Shown here: positions 48,495 through 58,849 of the stretch, one piece after another
Numbering within the stretch: position 1 is the first letter of the stretch
How the letters are laid out: every line of letters starts with the position of its first letter
From: Candidatus Latescibacterota bacterium
GTDB taxonomy: Bacteria; Latescibacterota; UBA2968
Assembly: GCA_965204745.1 (NCBI GenBank)
Contig: OZ242010.1
Coordinates: 2,272,001-2,336,000 of the forward strand
DNA: 64,000 bases
Reading direction: 5' to 3'
Program-made: the position numbers and the translations under genes
Notes under the pieces: model-generated
Told to the model about the DNA's origin: nothing
The model's database searches: none
What the model saw: the letters and a program-made list of their open reading frames with translations, nothing else

Positions 48495-49691
48495 ATGAAT
48501 CGAAAAAAAATCCTCCTTCCCATCCTCGTCCTGTTCCTCGGCGCGTTGAGTACTTATGTCGTGATGTTGATGGGCGGCAAAAAAATCGTGGTCACAATTA
48601 AAAACCGGGAAATCGCACAGGTTCGGCCCGAAGTGCCGCCGCCGCTCGTGCGCGTGCAAACCGTTGAACTCGAGGACCTGCAACTCGTGGTGCCAGCGCA
48701 GGGCACGGTCGCGCCGCGCACCGAAAGCACGCTCGTCGCGCAAGTGGCCGGGCAAATCACCCGCGTATCGCCCGCATTTGCCAACGGGGGTTTTTTTGAA
48801 AAAGGCGCTGTGTTGCTCACCATTGACCCGCGCGATTACGAAGTCGCGGTTGCCCAAGCCAACGTGCAAGTCGCGCAGGCGAAGTTGCGCTTGGCACGCG
48901 AAGAGGAAGAAGGCGCGATAGCCCGAGACGAGTGGCAACGCCTAGGCGATGGCGAACCGACCGCATTGGTGTTGCGCGAACCGCAAATCGCCGAGGCGCG
49001 GGCCACCCTCGCCGCTGCCGAAGGCGCGCTCGCCCGGGCGCGTCTCAACCTCGAGCGCACGCAAATCCGCGCGCCGTATCCCGGGCGCGTGCGCGCCAAA
49101 AGCGCGGATGTGGGGCAATACGTCAACCCCGGTTCCCCGGTGGGGCGCATCTACGCGGTCGATTATGCCGAGGTGCGCTTGCCCGTGCCCGATGACCAAC
49201 TCGCGTACCTAACCGTGCCCCTGTCCTTTCGCAACCGCGCCGATGCCAAAGGCCCGAACGCGCGCTTCTATGCCACCTTTGCCGGGCGAGAACACGCGTA
49301 CCTGGGCCGCATCGTGCGCGTGGAAGGCGAAATCGACCCGCGCTCGCGCATGGTCACGCTGGTCGGCCGCGTGGACAACCCCTACCGGCAACGCGACTCC
49401 AATCGCCCGCCCTTGGCCGTGGGCATGTTCGTCACCGCGGAAATTCTGGGCCATCGCGCCGAGGGGGTCGCGGCCATTCCGCGCGTTGCTCTGCGCGGCA
49501 AAGATCGCGTGCTCGTAGTGATAGAGAACCGCCTCTATTATCGCGCCATCGACATCTTGCGCGCAGACGCGGCAACAGTCGTCGTCAAAGCCGGTCTCAA
49601 CTCGGGCGATCAACTCTGCGTATCGCCACTCGACACGGTGGTGGATGGCATGCGCGTCCGCATCACGACGCAAACCGGAGGTACGCCGTGA
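48495..49691 (+). CDS. RND efflux periplasmic adaptor (MFP)
   Basis: N-terminal TM, AQVAGQI, LERTQIRAPYPG, GMFV. Confidence 0.93.
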   Translation: MNRKKILLPILVLFLGALSTYVVMLMGGKKIVVTIKNREIAQVRPEVPPPLVRVQTVELEDLQLVVPAQGTVAPRTESTLVAQVAGQITRVSPAFANGGFFEKGAVLLTIDPRDYEVAVAQANVQVAQAKLRLAREEEEGAIARDEWQRLGDGEPTALVLREPQIAEARATLAAAEGALARARLNLERTQIRAPYPGRVRAKSADVGQYVNPGSPVGRIYAVDYAEVRLPVPDDQLAYLTVPLSFRNRADAKGPNARFYATFAGREHAYLGRIVRVEGEIDPRSRMVTLVGRVDNPYRQRDSNRPPLAVGMFVTAEILGHRAEGVAAIPRVALRGKDRVLVVIENRLYYRAIDILRADAATVVVKAGLNSGDQLCVSPLDTVVDGMRVRITTQTGGTP

Positions 49692-52600
49692 AAAATGCCA
49701 TTGAATGGTTTGCCCGAAACAGCGTGGCGGCCAATTTGCTGATGGTGCTGATCCTGGGCGGTGGGCTTTTTCTCATTTCCAGCATTCGCATGGAAATCTT
49801 CCCAGAGTTCTCGTCGGACATCATCTCGGTCTCTATGGTCTATCGAGGGGCCGCGCCCGAGGAAGTTGAAGAGGCGATCTGCGTGCGTATTGAAGAAGCC
49901 GTACAGGGCCTCGACGGCATCAAACGCCTCACCTCCACGGCATCGGAGAACATGGGCACGGTCAGAATCGAAGTCGATCCCAGCGCGGATTTGCGAAAAT
50001 TGCTCGACGATGTCAAATCCCGCGTGGATGCGATCACCACATTTCCGGCGGAAACGGAAAAACCCATCACTCGGGAAATCATCAACCGCCGCCAAGTCAT
50101 TAACATCGCAATTTCGGGGCCGGCGGATGAGAAAACCCTCAAAATAATTGGCGAGCGCGTCCGAGACGATATCGCCGCCATTCCCGGCATCACGCAGGTC
50201 GATCTCGCCAACACGCGCCCCTACGAAATCGCCATCGAAGTCTCGGAAAGCGATTTGAGACGCTACGGCCTCAGCTTTGGCGAAATCGCCATGGCGGTCA
50301 GGCGTTTTTCGATAGACCTGCCCGGCGGCGGCATTCGCACGCAAAGCGGCGAAATTTTGTTGCGAACCAAAGGCCAAGCCCATCGCGGCGACGAGTTTGA
50401 ATCCATCGTTTTGCGAACGCGCCCGGATGGCACGCACCTCCGGCTCGGCGATGTCGCCACGGTGAACGACGGGTTCGCAGAAACCGATCAATCCGCGCAA
50501 TTCGACGCAGAACCCACCGCGATTGTTCAGGTGTATCGCGTGGGGGATCAAAATGCCCTCGACATCACGGAAAAAGTCAAAGCCTATATCGAAGAAGCCC
50601 AAGCGCGCATGCCCGACGGGATCAAACTCACGGTGTGGTCGGATTTTTCTCGCGTTTTGAGAGGCCGCCTAGATCTCATGCTCCACAATGGGCGCCTGGG
50701 CTTTATCCTCGTCTTTATCGCGCTGACGATGTTTCTGCGGTTGCGGCTCGCCTTTTGGGTCTCGCTGGGCATTCCCATTTCCTTCCTCGGCGCGATCAGC
50801 CTGATGCCCTCGCTCGATATTTCCATCAACCTCATCTCGCTCTTCGCATTTATCATGGTGCTCGGCATCGTGGTTGACGATGCCGTCATCGTGGGCGAAA
50901 ACATCTATCGCCACCATCAGATGGGGAAACGCGGCTTGCGCGCCGCCATCGACGGCACGCGCGAGGTCTATGTGCCCGTGGTTTTTGCCATCCTCACGTC
51001 TATCGTGGCCTTCTCGCCCTTGCTCTTGGTCGAAGGTAGCCTGGGCAAAATCATAAGACTCATTCCGCAAATCGTCATTCTCACCCTCATCTTTTCCCTC
51101 ATCGAATCCCTTTTCATTTTGCCCGCGCACCTCGCGCATTCCAAAATGGATCGCACCTCCGCTTCAAAACGCACCTTGCCCCGCCTGTGGCAGCGGTTTC
51201 AAGATCGGGTCTCCACTGGCTTGCTCGCCTTTGTCGAGCGCTATTATCGCCCCTTTCTCGAATGGACACTCCAATGGCGGTATTTGACCCTGGCCTCGGG
51301 CATTGCCGTGTTCGCGCTCGCCGTGAGCCTCGTCGGAGGCGGATGGATCAAATTCATCTTTTTGCCCAAGATCGATTCCGACAATGTCGTGGCATTGCTC
51401 ACCATGCCCCAAGGCACGCCCGCAGAGGTCACGGAAAGCGCGGTGCGTCGCCTCGAACGATCTGCCCTGCACCTCAAACGCGAAATTGAGGGCGATAACC
51501 CCGGCGCGGTCTTTCGGCACATCCTCGCCTCGGTGGGCGAACAGCCCTTTCGCGCAACGCAAAGCCAGAACGTCGGGGGCAATGCCGAATTTTCATCGGC
51601 GCATTTGGGCGAAGTCAACATCGAACTCGTGCCGTCTGAAAACCGCACCGTCGGCAGCGAGGAAATCGTCCAACGCTGGCGCGAACTCAGCGGCGCGATT
51701 CCCGATGCGGTGGAACTGACTTATACGGCCTCCCTGTTTTCAACGGGCGAGGCGATCAACATCCAGTTCTCGGGGCCGGATTACGGCGAACTGCGCGAAG
51801 TCGCCGAGAAATTCAAAAGCACCTTGGGGGAATACCCCGGGGTATTTGACATCGCGGATACCTTTCGCCCGGGCAAACGGGAAGCGAAACTCTCCCTCAC
51901 GCGACAAGCCGAAATCATGGGCATCACGCTATCGGACCTCGCGCGCCAAGTCAGACAGGCGTTTTACGGGGAAGAAGCGCAGCGCATTCAGCGCGGCCGC
52001 GACGACATCCGCGTGATGGTGCGCTATCCCGCATCCGAACGCCGCTCCCTCGGCAACCTCGAGGACATGCGCGTTCGCACGCCCGACGGGGGCGAAGTGC
52101 CTTTCTCCATCGCCGCCGAGGCCGAGTTGAGCCGGGGCTATGCGTCCATTCGCCGCGCAGACCGCCAAAAGGCCATCAACGTCACCGCGGATGTCGATCA
52201 AAACGTCGCCAATGCAAACGAGATACTCGCCGATGTCACGGGCGCTGTCTTACCCAAAATCCTGGCCGACCACCCCCGCGTGCGCTACGGGTTTGAAGGC
52301 GAACAACGGCAACAAGCCGAAACCCTGGCCGGGATGGCCGACAGTTTTGTCCTCGCCTTGCTCATCATCTATATTTTGCTCGCCATACCCTTCAAGTCCT
52401 ACACCCAACCCCTCATCGTGATGACCGCGATCCCATTTGGAATTGTGGGCGCGATCTGCGGGCATGTCATTCTCGGATTTGACCTCACCATTTTCTCCTT
52501 GTATGGCATTGTCGCCCTCATCGGCGTCGTGGTCAACGACAGTTTGGTGATGGTCGATTTTATCAACAAACAGCGCGGCGAGGGCCACGCGCTTTCCATT

Positions 52601-52885
52601 GCCCTCCGCGAAGCCGGGTCCGTGCGGTTCCGCCCCATTCTCCTGACATCCCTCACGACCTTTCTCGGTCTCACGCCCATGCTGTTTGAAAAAAGCATTC
52701 AGGCGCAGTTCCTGATCCCCATGGCGATCTCGTTGGGGTTTGGCATCCTCTTTGCCACGGTCATCACCTTGTTGCTCGTGCCCATCAGCTACAACATTCT
52801 CGAAGACCTCATCGGCGTTTTCTACCGCATCATCGGCCGCGAACGCCGCGCTTTCCGCGCAGACCTGCATCGCGCAGTGGATTAG
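49688..52885 (+). CDS. RND efflux permease (AcrB family)
   Basis: GIVVDDAVIVGEN, GVVVNDS, RFRPILLTSLTT. Confidence 0.96.
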   Translation: MKNAIEWFARNSVAANLLMVLILGGGLFLISSIRMEIFPEFSSDIISVSMVYRGAAPEEVEEAICVRIEEAVQGLDGIKRLTSTASENMGTVRIEVDPSADLRKLLDDVKSRVDAITTFPAETEKPITREIINRRQVINIAISGPADEKTLKIIGERVRDDIAAIPGITQVDLANTRPYEIAIEVSESDLRRYGLSFGEIAMAVRRFSIDLPGGGIRTQSGEILLRTKGQAHRGDEFESIVLRTRPDGTHLRLGDVATVNDGFAETDQSAQFDAEPTAIVQVYRVGDQNALDITEKVKAYIEEAQARMPDGIKLTVWSDFSRVLRGRLDLMLHNGRLGFILVFIALTMFLRLRLAFWVSLGIPISFLGAISLMPSLDISINLISLFAFIMVLGIVVDDAVIVGENIYRHHQMGKRGLRAAIDGTREVYVPVVFAILTSIVAFSPLLLVEGSLGKIIRLIPQIVILTLIFSLIESLFILPAHLAHSKMDRTSASKRTLPRLWQRFQDRVSTGLLAFVERYYRPFLEWTLQWRYLTLASGIAVFALAVSLVGGGWIKFIFLPKIDSDNVVALLTMPQGTPAEVTESAVRRLERSALHLKREIEGDNPGAVFRHILASVGEQPFRATQSQNVGGNAEFSSAHLGEVNIELVPSENRTVGSEEIVQRWRELSGAIPDAVELTYTASLFSTGEAINIQFSGPDYGELREVAEKFKSTLGEYPGVFDIADTFRPGKREAKLSLTRQAEIMGITLSDLARQVRQAFYGEEAQRIQRGRDDIRVMVRYPASERRSLGNLEDMRVRTPDGGEVPFSIAAEAELSRGYASIRRADRQKAINVTADVDQNVANANEILADVTGAVLPKILADHPRVRYGFEGEQRQQAETLAGMADSFVLALLIIYILLAIPFKSYTQPLIVMTAIPFGIVGAICGHVILGFDLTIFSLYGIVALIGVVVNDSLVMVDFINKQRGEGHALSIALREAGSVRFRPILLTSLTTFLGLTPMLFEKSIQAQFLIPMAISLGFGILFATVITLLLVPISYNILEDLIGVFYRIIGRERRAFRADLHRAVD

Positions 52886-52892
52886 CGCGCAA

Positions 52893-52930
52893 AAAAGGGC
52901 CGGTTGCAAAAGCAATCGGCCCTTTCTCTT
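52893..52930 (+). terminator. Intrinsic terminator after the RND operon
   Basis: AAAGGGCCGGTTGC-AAAA-GCAATCGGCCCTTT stem-loop followed by a pyrimidine run. Confidence 0.75.
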
Positions 52931-53136
52931 CCCTCTGCGGTGCGCGATCACCGCGTACCTGCCTATTGAATTGACAAGCTATGCCAATACCCGTACATTG
53001 GGTTTAACCGCTGATCGCTTCGGGCGGTTGGGCGGACTGACAGTTGTCAGTGGTCAGCCCCCGCCTAACCCTACCACCCAAGTAGTCAGTGGTCAGTCCC
53101 CACCCACTCCCCACCGCTATGTTCGTTAGAATTAGT

Positions 53137-53335
53137 CAACTGACAACTGACAACTGACAACTGACAACTGACAACTGACAACTGACAACTGACAACTGAC
53201 AACTGACAACTGACAACTGACAACTGACAACTGACAACTGACAACTGACAACTGACAACTGACAACTGACAACTGACAACTGACAACTGACAACTGACAA
53301 CTGACAACTGACAACTGACAACTGACAACTGACAA
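53137..53335. repeat. Perfect heptamer VNTR (CAACTGA), about 28 copies
   Basis: 199 bp of uninterrupted repeat ending at the RBS of the sulfatase. Confidence 0.97.
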
Positions 53336-53349
53336 GGAAAGGACACCCC

Positions 53350-54726
53350 ATGACCGCTCCCAACATCATCTTCATCCTCACCGACGACCAAGGGCCGTGG
53401 GCCGCTGGCTGTTATGGCAACTCGGAAATCCGCACGCCCAATATCGACCGCATTGCCGCCACCGGGATGCGATTTGACAATTTCTTTGTCACCATCCCCG
53501 TGTGTTCCCCGAGCCGCGCTTCTTTTTTGACGGGGCGCATCCCGTCTCAGCACGGGGTCCACGACTGGATTCGAGAGGGCAATACCGGGCCTGATGCGGC
53601 ATCGTATCTTCAGGATGAAATTTGCTATACCGATATTTTGGCCGCGCACGGCTATACGTGTGGCCTGTCCGGGAAGTGGCATTTGGGCAACAGCACCTTG
53701 GCACAGCACGGGTTCTCGCATTGGTTTGCCCACGAAAAGGGCGGGGGGCCGTACAACGGCGCCAAACTGGTTCGCAATGGCGAACTCGTCACCGTGCCGA
53801 GGTACGTCACCACTGCGATCACGGATGACGCCTTGGCATTCATCGACGCGCACGCCAAAGACGACAATCCCTTTTACCTCAGCGTTCACTACACCGCGCC
53901 GCACAGCCCATGGACCGGGCATCCCCAAGACATCGTGGATTCGTACGACGACTGCCCGTTTGAATCCTGCCCGCAAGAAGACCCGCACCCGTGGGCCGGT
54001 GGCTTGAGCAAGAATTTGGGCAACCGCGAAAGCCTCAAGGGTTATTTTGCCGCTGTCACGGCGATGGACGCCGACGTGGGGCGCGTCCTCGACAAAATCG
54101 AGGCCGAGGGGATTCGCGACAACACCCTCGTCGTCTTCACGTCTGACAATGGCTTTTCCTGTGGGCATCACGGGTTTTGGGGCAAGGGCAATGGCACGCG
54201 GCCCTTGAACATGTACGAAAACTCCATCAAAGTGCCTTTTTTGGCGAGCCATCCCGGGGTGATTCCCGAAGGCGTCGCGCAACCCGCTATGGCATCGGGA
54301 TACGATTTTATGCCCACCCTGCTCGACTACCTCGGCCTGCCCCTGCCCGAAGGCCGCCCCTATCCCGGTCAATCCTTTCTCGCCGCGCTCAAAGGCGAAG
54401 AAGATACCGCCCGCGACAATGTCGTCATCTACGACGAATACGGCACCACGCGCATGATTCGCACGGTCGATTGGAAATACGTCCACCGCTATCCCGACGG
54501 CCCCAACGAACTCTACGACCTGCGAAACGATCCGGACGAACGCGACAATCTCGTGGATCACCCCGCGCGGACCAACCGCGTCAAAGCGATGAAAGCGCAG
54601 ATGGAAACGTGGTTCGCAACGTACGTCGTTCCAGACAAAGACGGTCGCGATTACACGGTCAGCGGCGGCGGTCAACTCCGTCCCGTGGGCAGAAACTGGG
54701 AAGACGAGCGCGAGCCGTTTGCGTGA
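53350..54726 (+). CDS. Sulfatase
   Basis: PNIIFILTDDQG, CSPSRASFLTG, GKWH, SDNG, HG.WGK. Confidence 0.95.
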   Translation: MTAPNIIFILTDDQGPWAAGCYGNSEIRTPNIDRIAATGMRFDNFFVTIPVCSPSRASFLTGRIPSQHGVHDWIREGNTGPDAASYLQDEICYTDILAAHGYTCGLSGKWHLGNSTLAQHGFSHWFAHEKGGGPYNGAKLVRNGELVTVPRYVTTAITDDALAFIDAHAKDDNPFYLSVHYTAPHSPWTGHPQDIVDSYDDCPFESCPQEDPHPWAGGLSKNLGNRESLKGYFAAVTAMDADVGRVLDKIEAEGIRDNTLVVFTSDNGFSCGHHGFWGKGNGTRPLNMYENSIKVPFLASHPGVIPEGVAQPAMASGYDFMPTLLDYLGLPLPEGRPYPGQSFLAALKGEEDTARDNVVIYDEYGTTRMIRTVDWKYVHRYPDGPNELYDLRNDPDERDNLVDHPARTNRVKAMKAQMETWFATYVVPDKDGRDYTVSGGGQLRPVGRNWEDEREPFA

Positions 54727-55024
54727 AGGGGCAGTTGTCAGTCGTCAGTTGTCAGTTGTCAGTCCACCCAACCGCCCAACCCCAAGCGGTCAGCCCCCGC
54801 ATCCATCAACCCGTAGGGACAGTCCCCCGTTCCCACACCGCCGGACGGATGCGCGAGGAACGCACACGGCGGGGTTGGGCGAGGCAGGGCACGCTACGGG
54901 AGTCAATTTTCTGGGAAGGGCGAGGATGGCGGCGTTTCACAGCATGACAGCACCTTGTGTGCTTACTCACAACATGAAAAACTACCGATGCTCTCGTCCG
55001 ATTTTTTTCATTTGGAGGCAAGAA

Positions 55025-55135
55025 ATGACCACATTTGAAGTTCAGGTCGATAACGAGTTGGAATTTGCCGAGGCATTCCAAAATTTTTACAACCTGATCG
55101 GAATCAAAAAAGAAATGGTGGAGGGGCGAGAATGA
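55025..55135 (+). CDS. Small hypothetical protein (36 aa)
   Basis: GGAGG RBS, MTTFEVQVDNELEF..., ATGA overlap with the next gene. Confidence 0.5.
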   Translation: MTTFEVQVDNELEFAEAFQNFYNLIGIKKEMVEGRE

Positions 55136-55446
55136 AGATCAAACACATCATCGCTGGCGTCCTCATCGCCATCGCCATCGTCATTTTGGCAACACTTGCT
55201 CGGGATAGGCTCGCAAACAAAAGAGTCGCAGAGGGGTTGGCACATGCCGAGTTCGTTTGGAACATGCAGACGGTGCGAAGTATTGCACGCACCGAGATGC
55301 GCGATGCTGAGGGGAAGGTGTACTATGGCATCCTCTTGCGCCACAATGTGAAATTCGCAGAACGTAAGGTGCTTCTGTACAACACGCGCAAAGAGCGCGA
55401 CGATGTCTTTGGACACATGGAAGCACAGATCTACGAAAAACGCTAA
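55132..55446 (+). CDS. Hypothetical protein with N-terminal TM helix
   Basis: MKIKHIIAGVLIAIAIVILA; GGAGG upstream. Confidence 0.6.
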   Translation: MKIKHIIAGVLIAIAIVILATLARDRLANKRVAEGLAHAEFVWNMQTVRSIARTEMRDAEGKVYYGILLRHNVKFAERKVLLYNTRKERDDVFGHMEAQIYEKR

Positions 55447-55460
55447 GGTATCGACCTGTC

Positions 55461-55548
55461 CCAGGTTCTCAAACCCAGAGCATATCCTGCGATATGGCTT
55501 GATTTTCCCGATAAACTGCTCAATTCGGTTGCATGGTTCGTAAATGTC
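55461..55548 (-). pseudogene. 88-bp IS5-family transposase remnant (copy 2)
   Basis: Ungapped match to 999-1086, 13 mismatches by hand count. Confidence 0.65.
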
Positions 55549-55587
55549 AACACAACCTAGTATCGGTTGGAGTACCTTGAGATAACC

Positions 55588-56910
55588 ATGAACACCAGCG
55601 ACCTCAAACCCTACCCCCACTACAAGCCCTCCGGCGTGGAATGGCTCGGCGACGTGCCCTCGCATTGGGAGGTGTTGCCAAACCGTGCGATTTTTGCCGA
55701 GGTGAACGAGCGAGGGCATCCACAAGCAGAGATGCTTTCGGTTACGATAGCAGAGGGCGTTATTCGCCAGCGGACATTGTTGGAAGACAGGTCAAAGAAA
55801 GATACTTCGCGGCTCGACAGGTCGGCCTACAAACTCGTTCAACCTGGGGACATCGCATACAACAAGATGCGAGCATGGCAGGGTGCAATCGGAATGTCTG
55901 AGTACCGCGGTATCGTCAGCCCTGCGTATATCGTGCAACGGCCACGGAATGGGGCAAACGCACGCTACTTGCACTATTTGTTGAGAACGCCGGCATTTGC
56001 AACAGAAGCCGAGCGATGGTCTTATGGCATCGCTTCGGATATGTGGAGTTTGCGACCAGAGCACTTCAAGATGATCTATGCGTGCGTTCCACCCCTCGCC
56101 GAGCAAGCCGCTATCGTCCGCTATCTCGATCACACCGACGGGCGCATCCGCCGCTACCTCCGCAGTAGGGAACGGCTCCTCGAGTTGCTCAAAGAGTATC
56201 GGCAGGCCGTCATCCACGAGGCGGTCACGCAAGGGCTTGACCCGGATGTGCCCCTCAAGCCCTCGGGCGTGGAATGGATCGGCGACATACCCGCGCATTG
56301 GGAGGTGCGGCGGTTGAAGCATTGGGTCGAAATAAATGAGGCGATGCTACCCGAAACAACTGATCCCGACTTTGAATTTCGTTATTTGGAAATCGGCGCA
56401 GTAGGCACAGGTGTACTCGTCGAGGAACCTGCCACCATTCGTTTCGCTCATGCGCCATCGAGGGCTAGGCGCATCGTCAAAAGCGGAGATACCATCATCT
56501 CCACAGTGAGGACGTACTTGAAAGCGGTTTGGTTTGCCGAAGAAGTGAACGACGCCTTGATCTGCTCGACGGGCTTTGCGGTTCTTACTCCGCGCCGTGC
56601 GACTGTGCCCAAATTCGTGAGTTACGTGGTCCAAGACAACGCATTTACCGACCGCGTAACAGCGGAATCGGTTGGCATTGCGTATCCGGCCATTGCTGAA
56701 AGTCGATTTCGTTCATTTCACGTCTGCGTTCCGCCCCTCGCCGAGCAAACCGCTATCGCCGCGTATTTGGACAAACAGACCGCCGCTATCGCCGCCGCTA
56801 TGGCGCGTGCCCAGCGGGAGATCGACTTGTTGAGCGAATACCGCCTGCGCCTGATCGCCGACGTGGTCACCGGGCAAGTGGATGTGCGGGATGAACGCCC
56901 TGCCCGTTGA
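55588..56910 (+). CDS. hsdS: Type I R-M specificity subunit (orphan in this window)
   Basis: Two KPSGVEW.GD.P.HWEV blocks, two PPLAEQ blocks, two TRDs, LIADVVTGQVDVR end. Confidence 0.93.
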   Translation: MNTSDLKPYPHYKPSGVEWLGDVPSHWEVLPNRAIFAEVNERGHPQAEMLSVTIAEGVIRQRTLLEDRSKKDTSRLDRSAYKLVQPGDIAYNKMRAWQGAIGMSEYRGIVSPAYIVQRPRNGANARYLHYLLRTPAFATEAERWSYGIASDMWSLRPEHFKMIYACVPPLAEQAAIVRYLDHTDGRIRRYLRSRERLLELLKEYRQAVIHEAVTQGLDPDVPLKPSGVEWIGDIPAHWEVRRLKHWVEINEAMLPETTDPDFEFRYLEIGAVGTGVLVEEPATIRFAHAPSRARRIVKSGDTIISTVRTYLKAVWFAEEVNDALICSTGFAVLTPRRATVPKFVSYVVQDNAFTDRVTAESVGIAYPAIAESRFRSFHVCVPPLAEQTAIAAYLDKQTAAIAAAMARAQREIDLLSEYRLRLIADVVTGQVDVRDERPAR

Positions 56911-56989
56911 TGGCATTGCCAACCGATGGGAGCCAACGCCGGTTTGGTTTGTGATTTGGGCTGAAAGCAGTACTGAAACAGCTATGCCC

Positions 56990-57138
56990 TGCACGCACAC
57001 GGCGGGGTTGGGTGAAGCAGGGCACGCACGGGCAGACGGGTGGATGAGCGGGGAACGCACACGGGGCGGCGGTAGTGAGATGGGCACGCACGGGCGGATG
57101 GCCGGACGGGCGGATAATCGGAACAGGAGACTTAAACC
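56990..57138 (+). repeat. GC-rich GGGCACGCAC spacer/leader repeat preceding each AAA paralogue
   Basis: Related sequence at 54858-54900, 58714-58849, 60425-60554 and 62140-62157; the three leaders end GGAACAGGAGACTTAAACC-ATG. Confidence 0.8.
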
Positions 57139-58713
57139 ATGCGCTTCTTCAACACTGCCGGCCCCACCAAGCCCGAAAAGCATTATTGCATCCCACCGCT
57201 GGAACGCTTGGACATAGACGATGTACTCGCCCTGATCCGAGATGAAAAGTACTTCGTTCTGCACGCGCCCCGGCAGACGGGCAAGACCTCGTCTCTGCTG
57301 GCTCTGCGCGACTTGCTCAACGCCGAGGGCCTCTACCGTTGCGTGTACGTCAATGTCGAAGGTGGGCAAGCCGCACGCGAAGATGTGGAACAGGTCATGC
57401 GTACCATTCTGGGCGAGTTGGCTCTCCGAGCACTCTCGGCGCTGGACGACGGGTTTCTCGACGCGAGTTGGCCCGACATCTTAACCAAGTACGGTCCTCA
57501 CGGTGCCTTGCGTGCAGCATTGACGCGCTGGGTAGCGTCGGATGCGAAACCTTTGGTATTGCTCATCGACGAAATCGACGCGCTGATCGGGGACTCGCTT
57601 CTGTCCGTGTTGCGGCAGTTGCGGGCCGGCTACGATTTGCGTCCCGAGGAGTTTCCGCAAAGCGTGGTACTGTGCGGGATGCGCGATGTGCGCGATTACC
57701 GCATCCATTCCAGTTCTGCAAACGCGACCATCACCGGGGGCAGTCCGTTTAACATCAAAGCACAATCGTTGCGCTTGGGCGATTTTGCACAGGACGAGGT
57801 ACAAGCCTTGCTTGACCAACACACCGAGGAAACGGGTCAGGTGTTCACGCCAGACGCGCAGGAGATGATCTGGACGCAAACCCAAGGGCAACCGTGGCTG
57901 GTCAATGCTTTGGCGGATCAAGCCTGCTTCCGAGATGGCGCCGTGGATCGGCGCGATCCGGTCACCGCCGCCGCCATCATCGAAGCGAAAGAGCACCTCA
58001 TCCTGCGCCGCGAAACGCATTTGGAGCAGTTGACCGACAAACTCAAAGAGGAGCGCGTGCAGCGCGTCGTGGAACCGCTGTTGAGCGGGGCTGAGACACG
58101 CCACTTCACGGATCGGGATTTGGAGTATGTGCGCGATCTCGGGCTCGTGGCTCAAGATCGCCCCTTGCGTATCGCCAATCCGATCTACGCCGAGGTCGTC
58201 CCGCGCGAATTGACATGGGTGATCCAAGAGGAGTTCGATCAGGACACCGCTTGGTACGTCCATGCCGATGGCAGTTTGGATGTGGTCAAATTGCTGGTCA
58301 CGTTCCAGACCTTCTTCCGCGAACACTCCGAGCATTGGGTCAAGCGATTCGCGTATCGAGAGGCCGGCCCGCAACTGTTGCTTCAAGCGTTTTTGCAACG
58401 GATCATGAACAGCGGCGGGCGCATCGAGCGCGAGTATGGCTTGGGTCGCATGCGAACCGATCTGCTCATCATCTGGCCGCAAGGCGAGCGGACGCGCAAG
58501 TTCGTGATCGAGTGCAAAATTCTCCACAAGGGCTTGGATCAGACCATCGCCGCGGGGTTGTCACAGACCGCCGAGTATATGGATCGTTGCGATGCAGAAG
58601 CGGGTCATCTGGTGATTTTTGACCGGCGCGAGGGCAGACGTTGGGAGGACAAGGTATTTCGGGATCGCCGAATGTCGGACAGCGGGGTAGAGATCGATAT
58701 CTGGGGCATGTGA
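57139..58713 (+). CDS. AAA-like P-loop ATPase with C-terminal PD-(D/E)xK-like domain, copy 1
   Basis: MRFFNTAGP, APRQTGKT, LLIDEID, SPFNIK, RTDLLI...VIECK. Confidence 0.88.
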   Translation: MRFFNTAGPTKPEKHYCIPPLERLDIDDVLALIRDEKYFVLHAPRQTGKTSSLLALRDLLNAEGLYRCVYVNVEGGQAAREDVEQVMRTILGELALRALSALDDGFLDASWPDILTKYGPHGALRAALTRWVASDAKPLVLLIDEIDALIGDSLLSVLRQLRAGYDLRPEEFPQSVVLCGMRDVRDYRIHSSSANATITGGSPFNIKAQSLRLGDFAQDEVQALLDQHTEETGQVFTPDAQEMIWTQTQGQPWLVNALADQACFRDGAVDRRDPVTAAAIIEAKEHLILRRETHLEQLTDKLKEERVQRVVEPLLSGAETRHFTDRDLEYVRDLGLVAQDRPLRIANPIYAEVVPRELTWVIQEEFDQDTAWYVHADGSLDVVKLLVTFQTFFREHSEHWVKRFAYREAGPQLLLQAFLQRIMNSGGRIEREYGLGRMRTDLLIIWPQGERTRKFVIECKILHKGLDQTIAAGLSQTAEYMDRCDAEAGHLVIFDRREGRRWEDKVFRDRRMSDSGVEIDIWGM

Positions 58714-58849
58714 GGCAAGCGGCGGTGGCGAGGCAGGGCACGCACGGGTGGCGGGCGGATGAGTGGGGCACGCACGGGTGGCCGGGCAGATGAGTGGGGC
58801 ACGGGCGGACGGGCGGATGGGCGGATAATTGGAACAGGAGACTTAAACC

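Noticed and set aside
53132-53381. SVVSCQL-repeat proteins, and ASCLLPL-type ORFs at ~36881-37527
   Set aside because: Translations of non-coding heptamer repeats.
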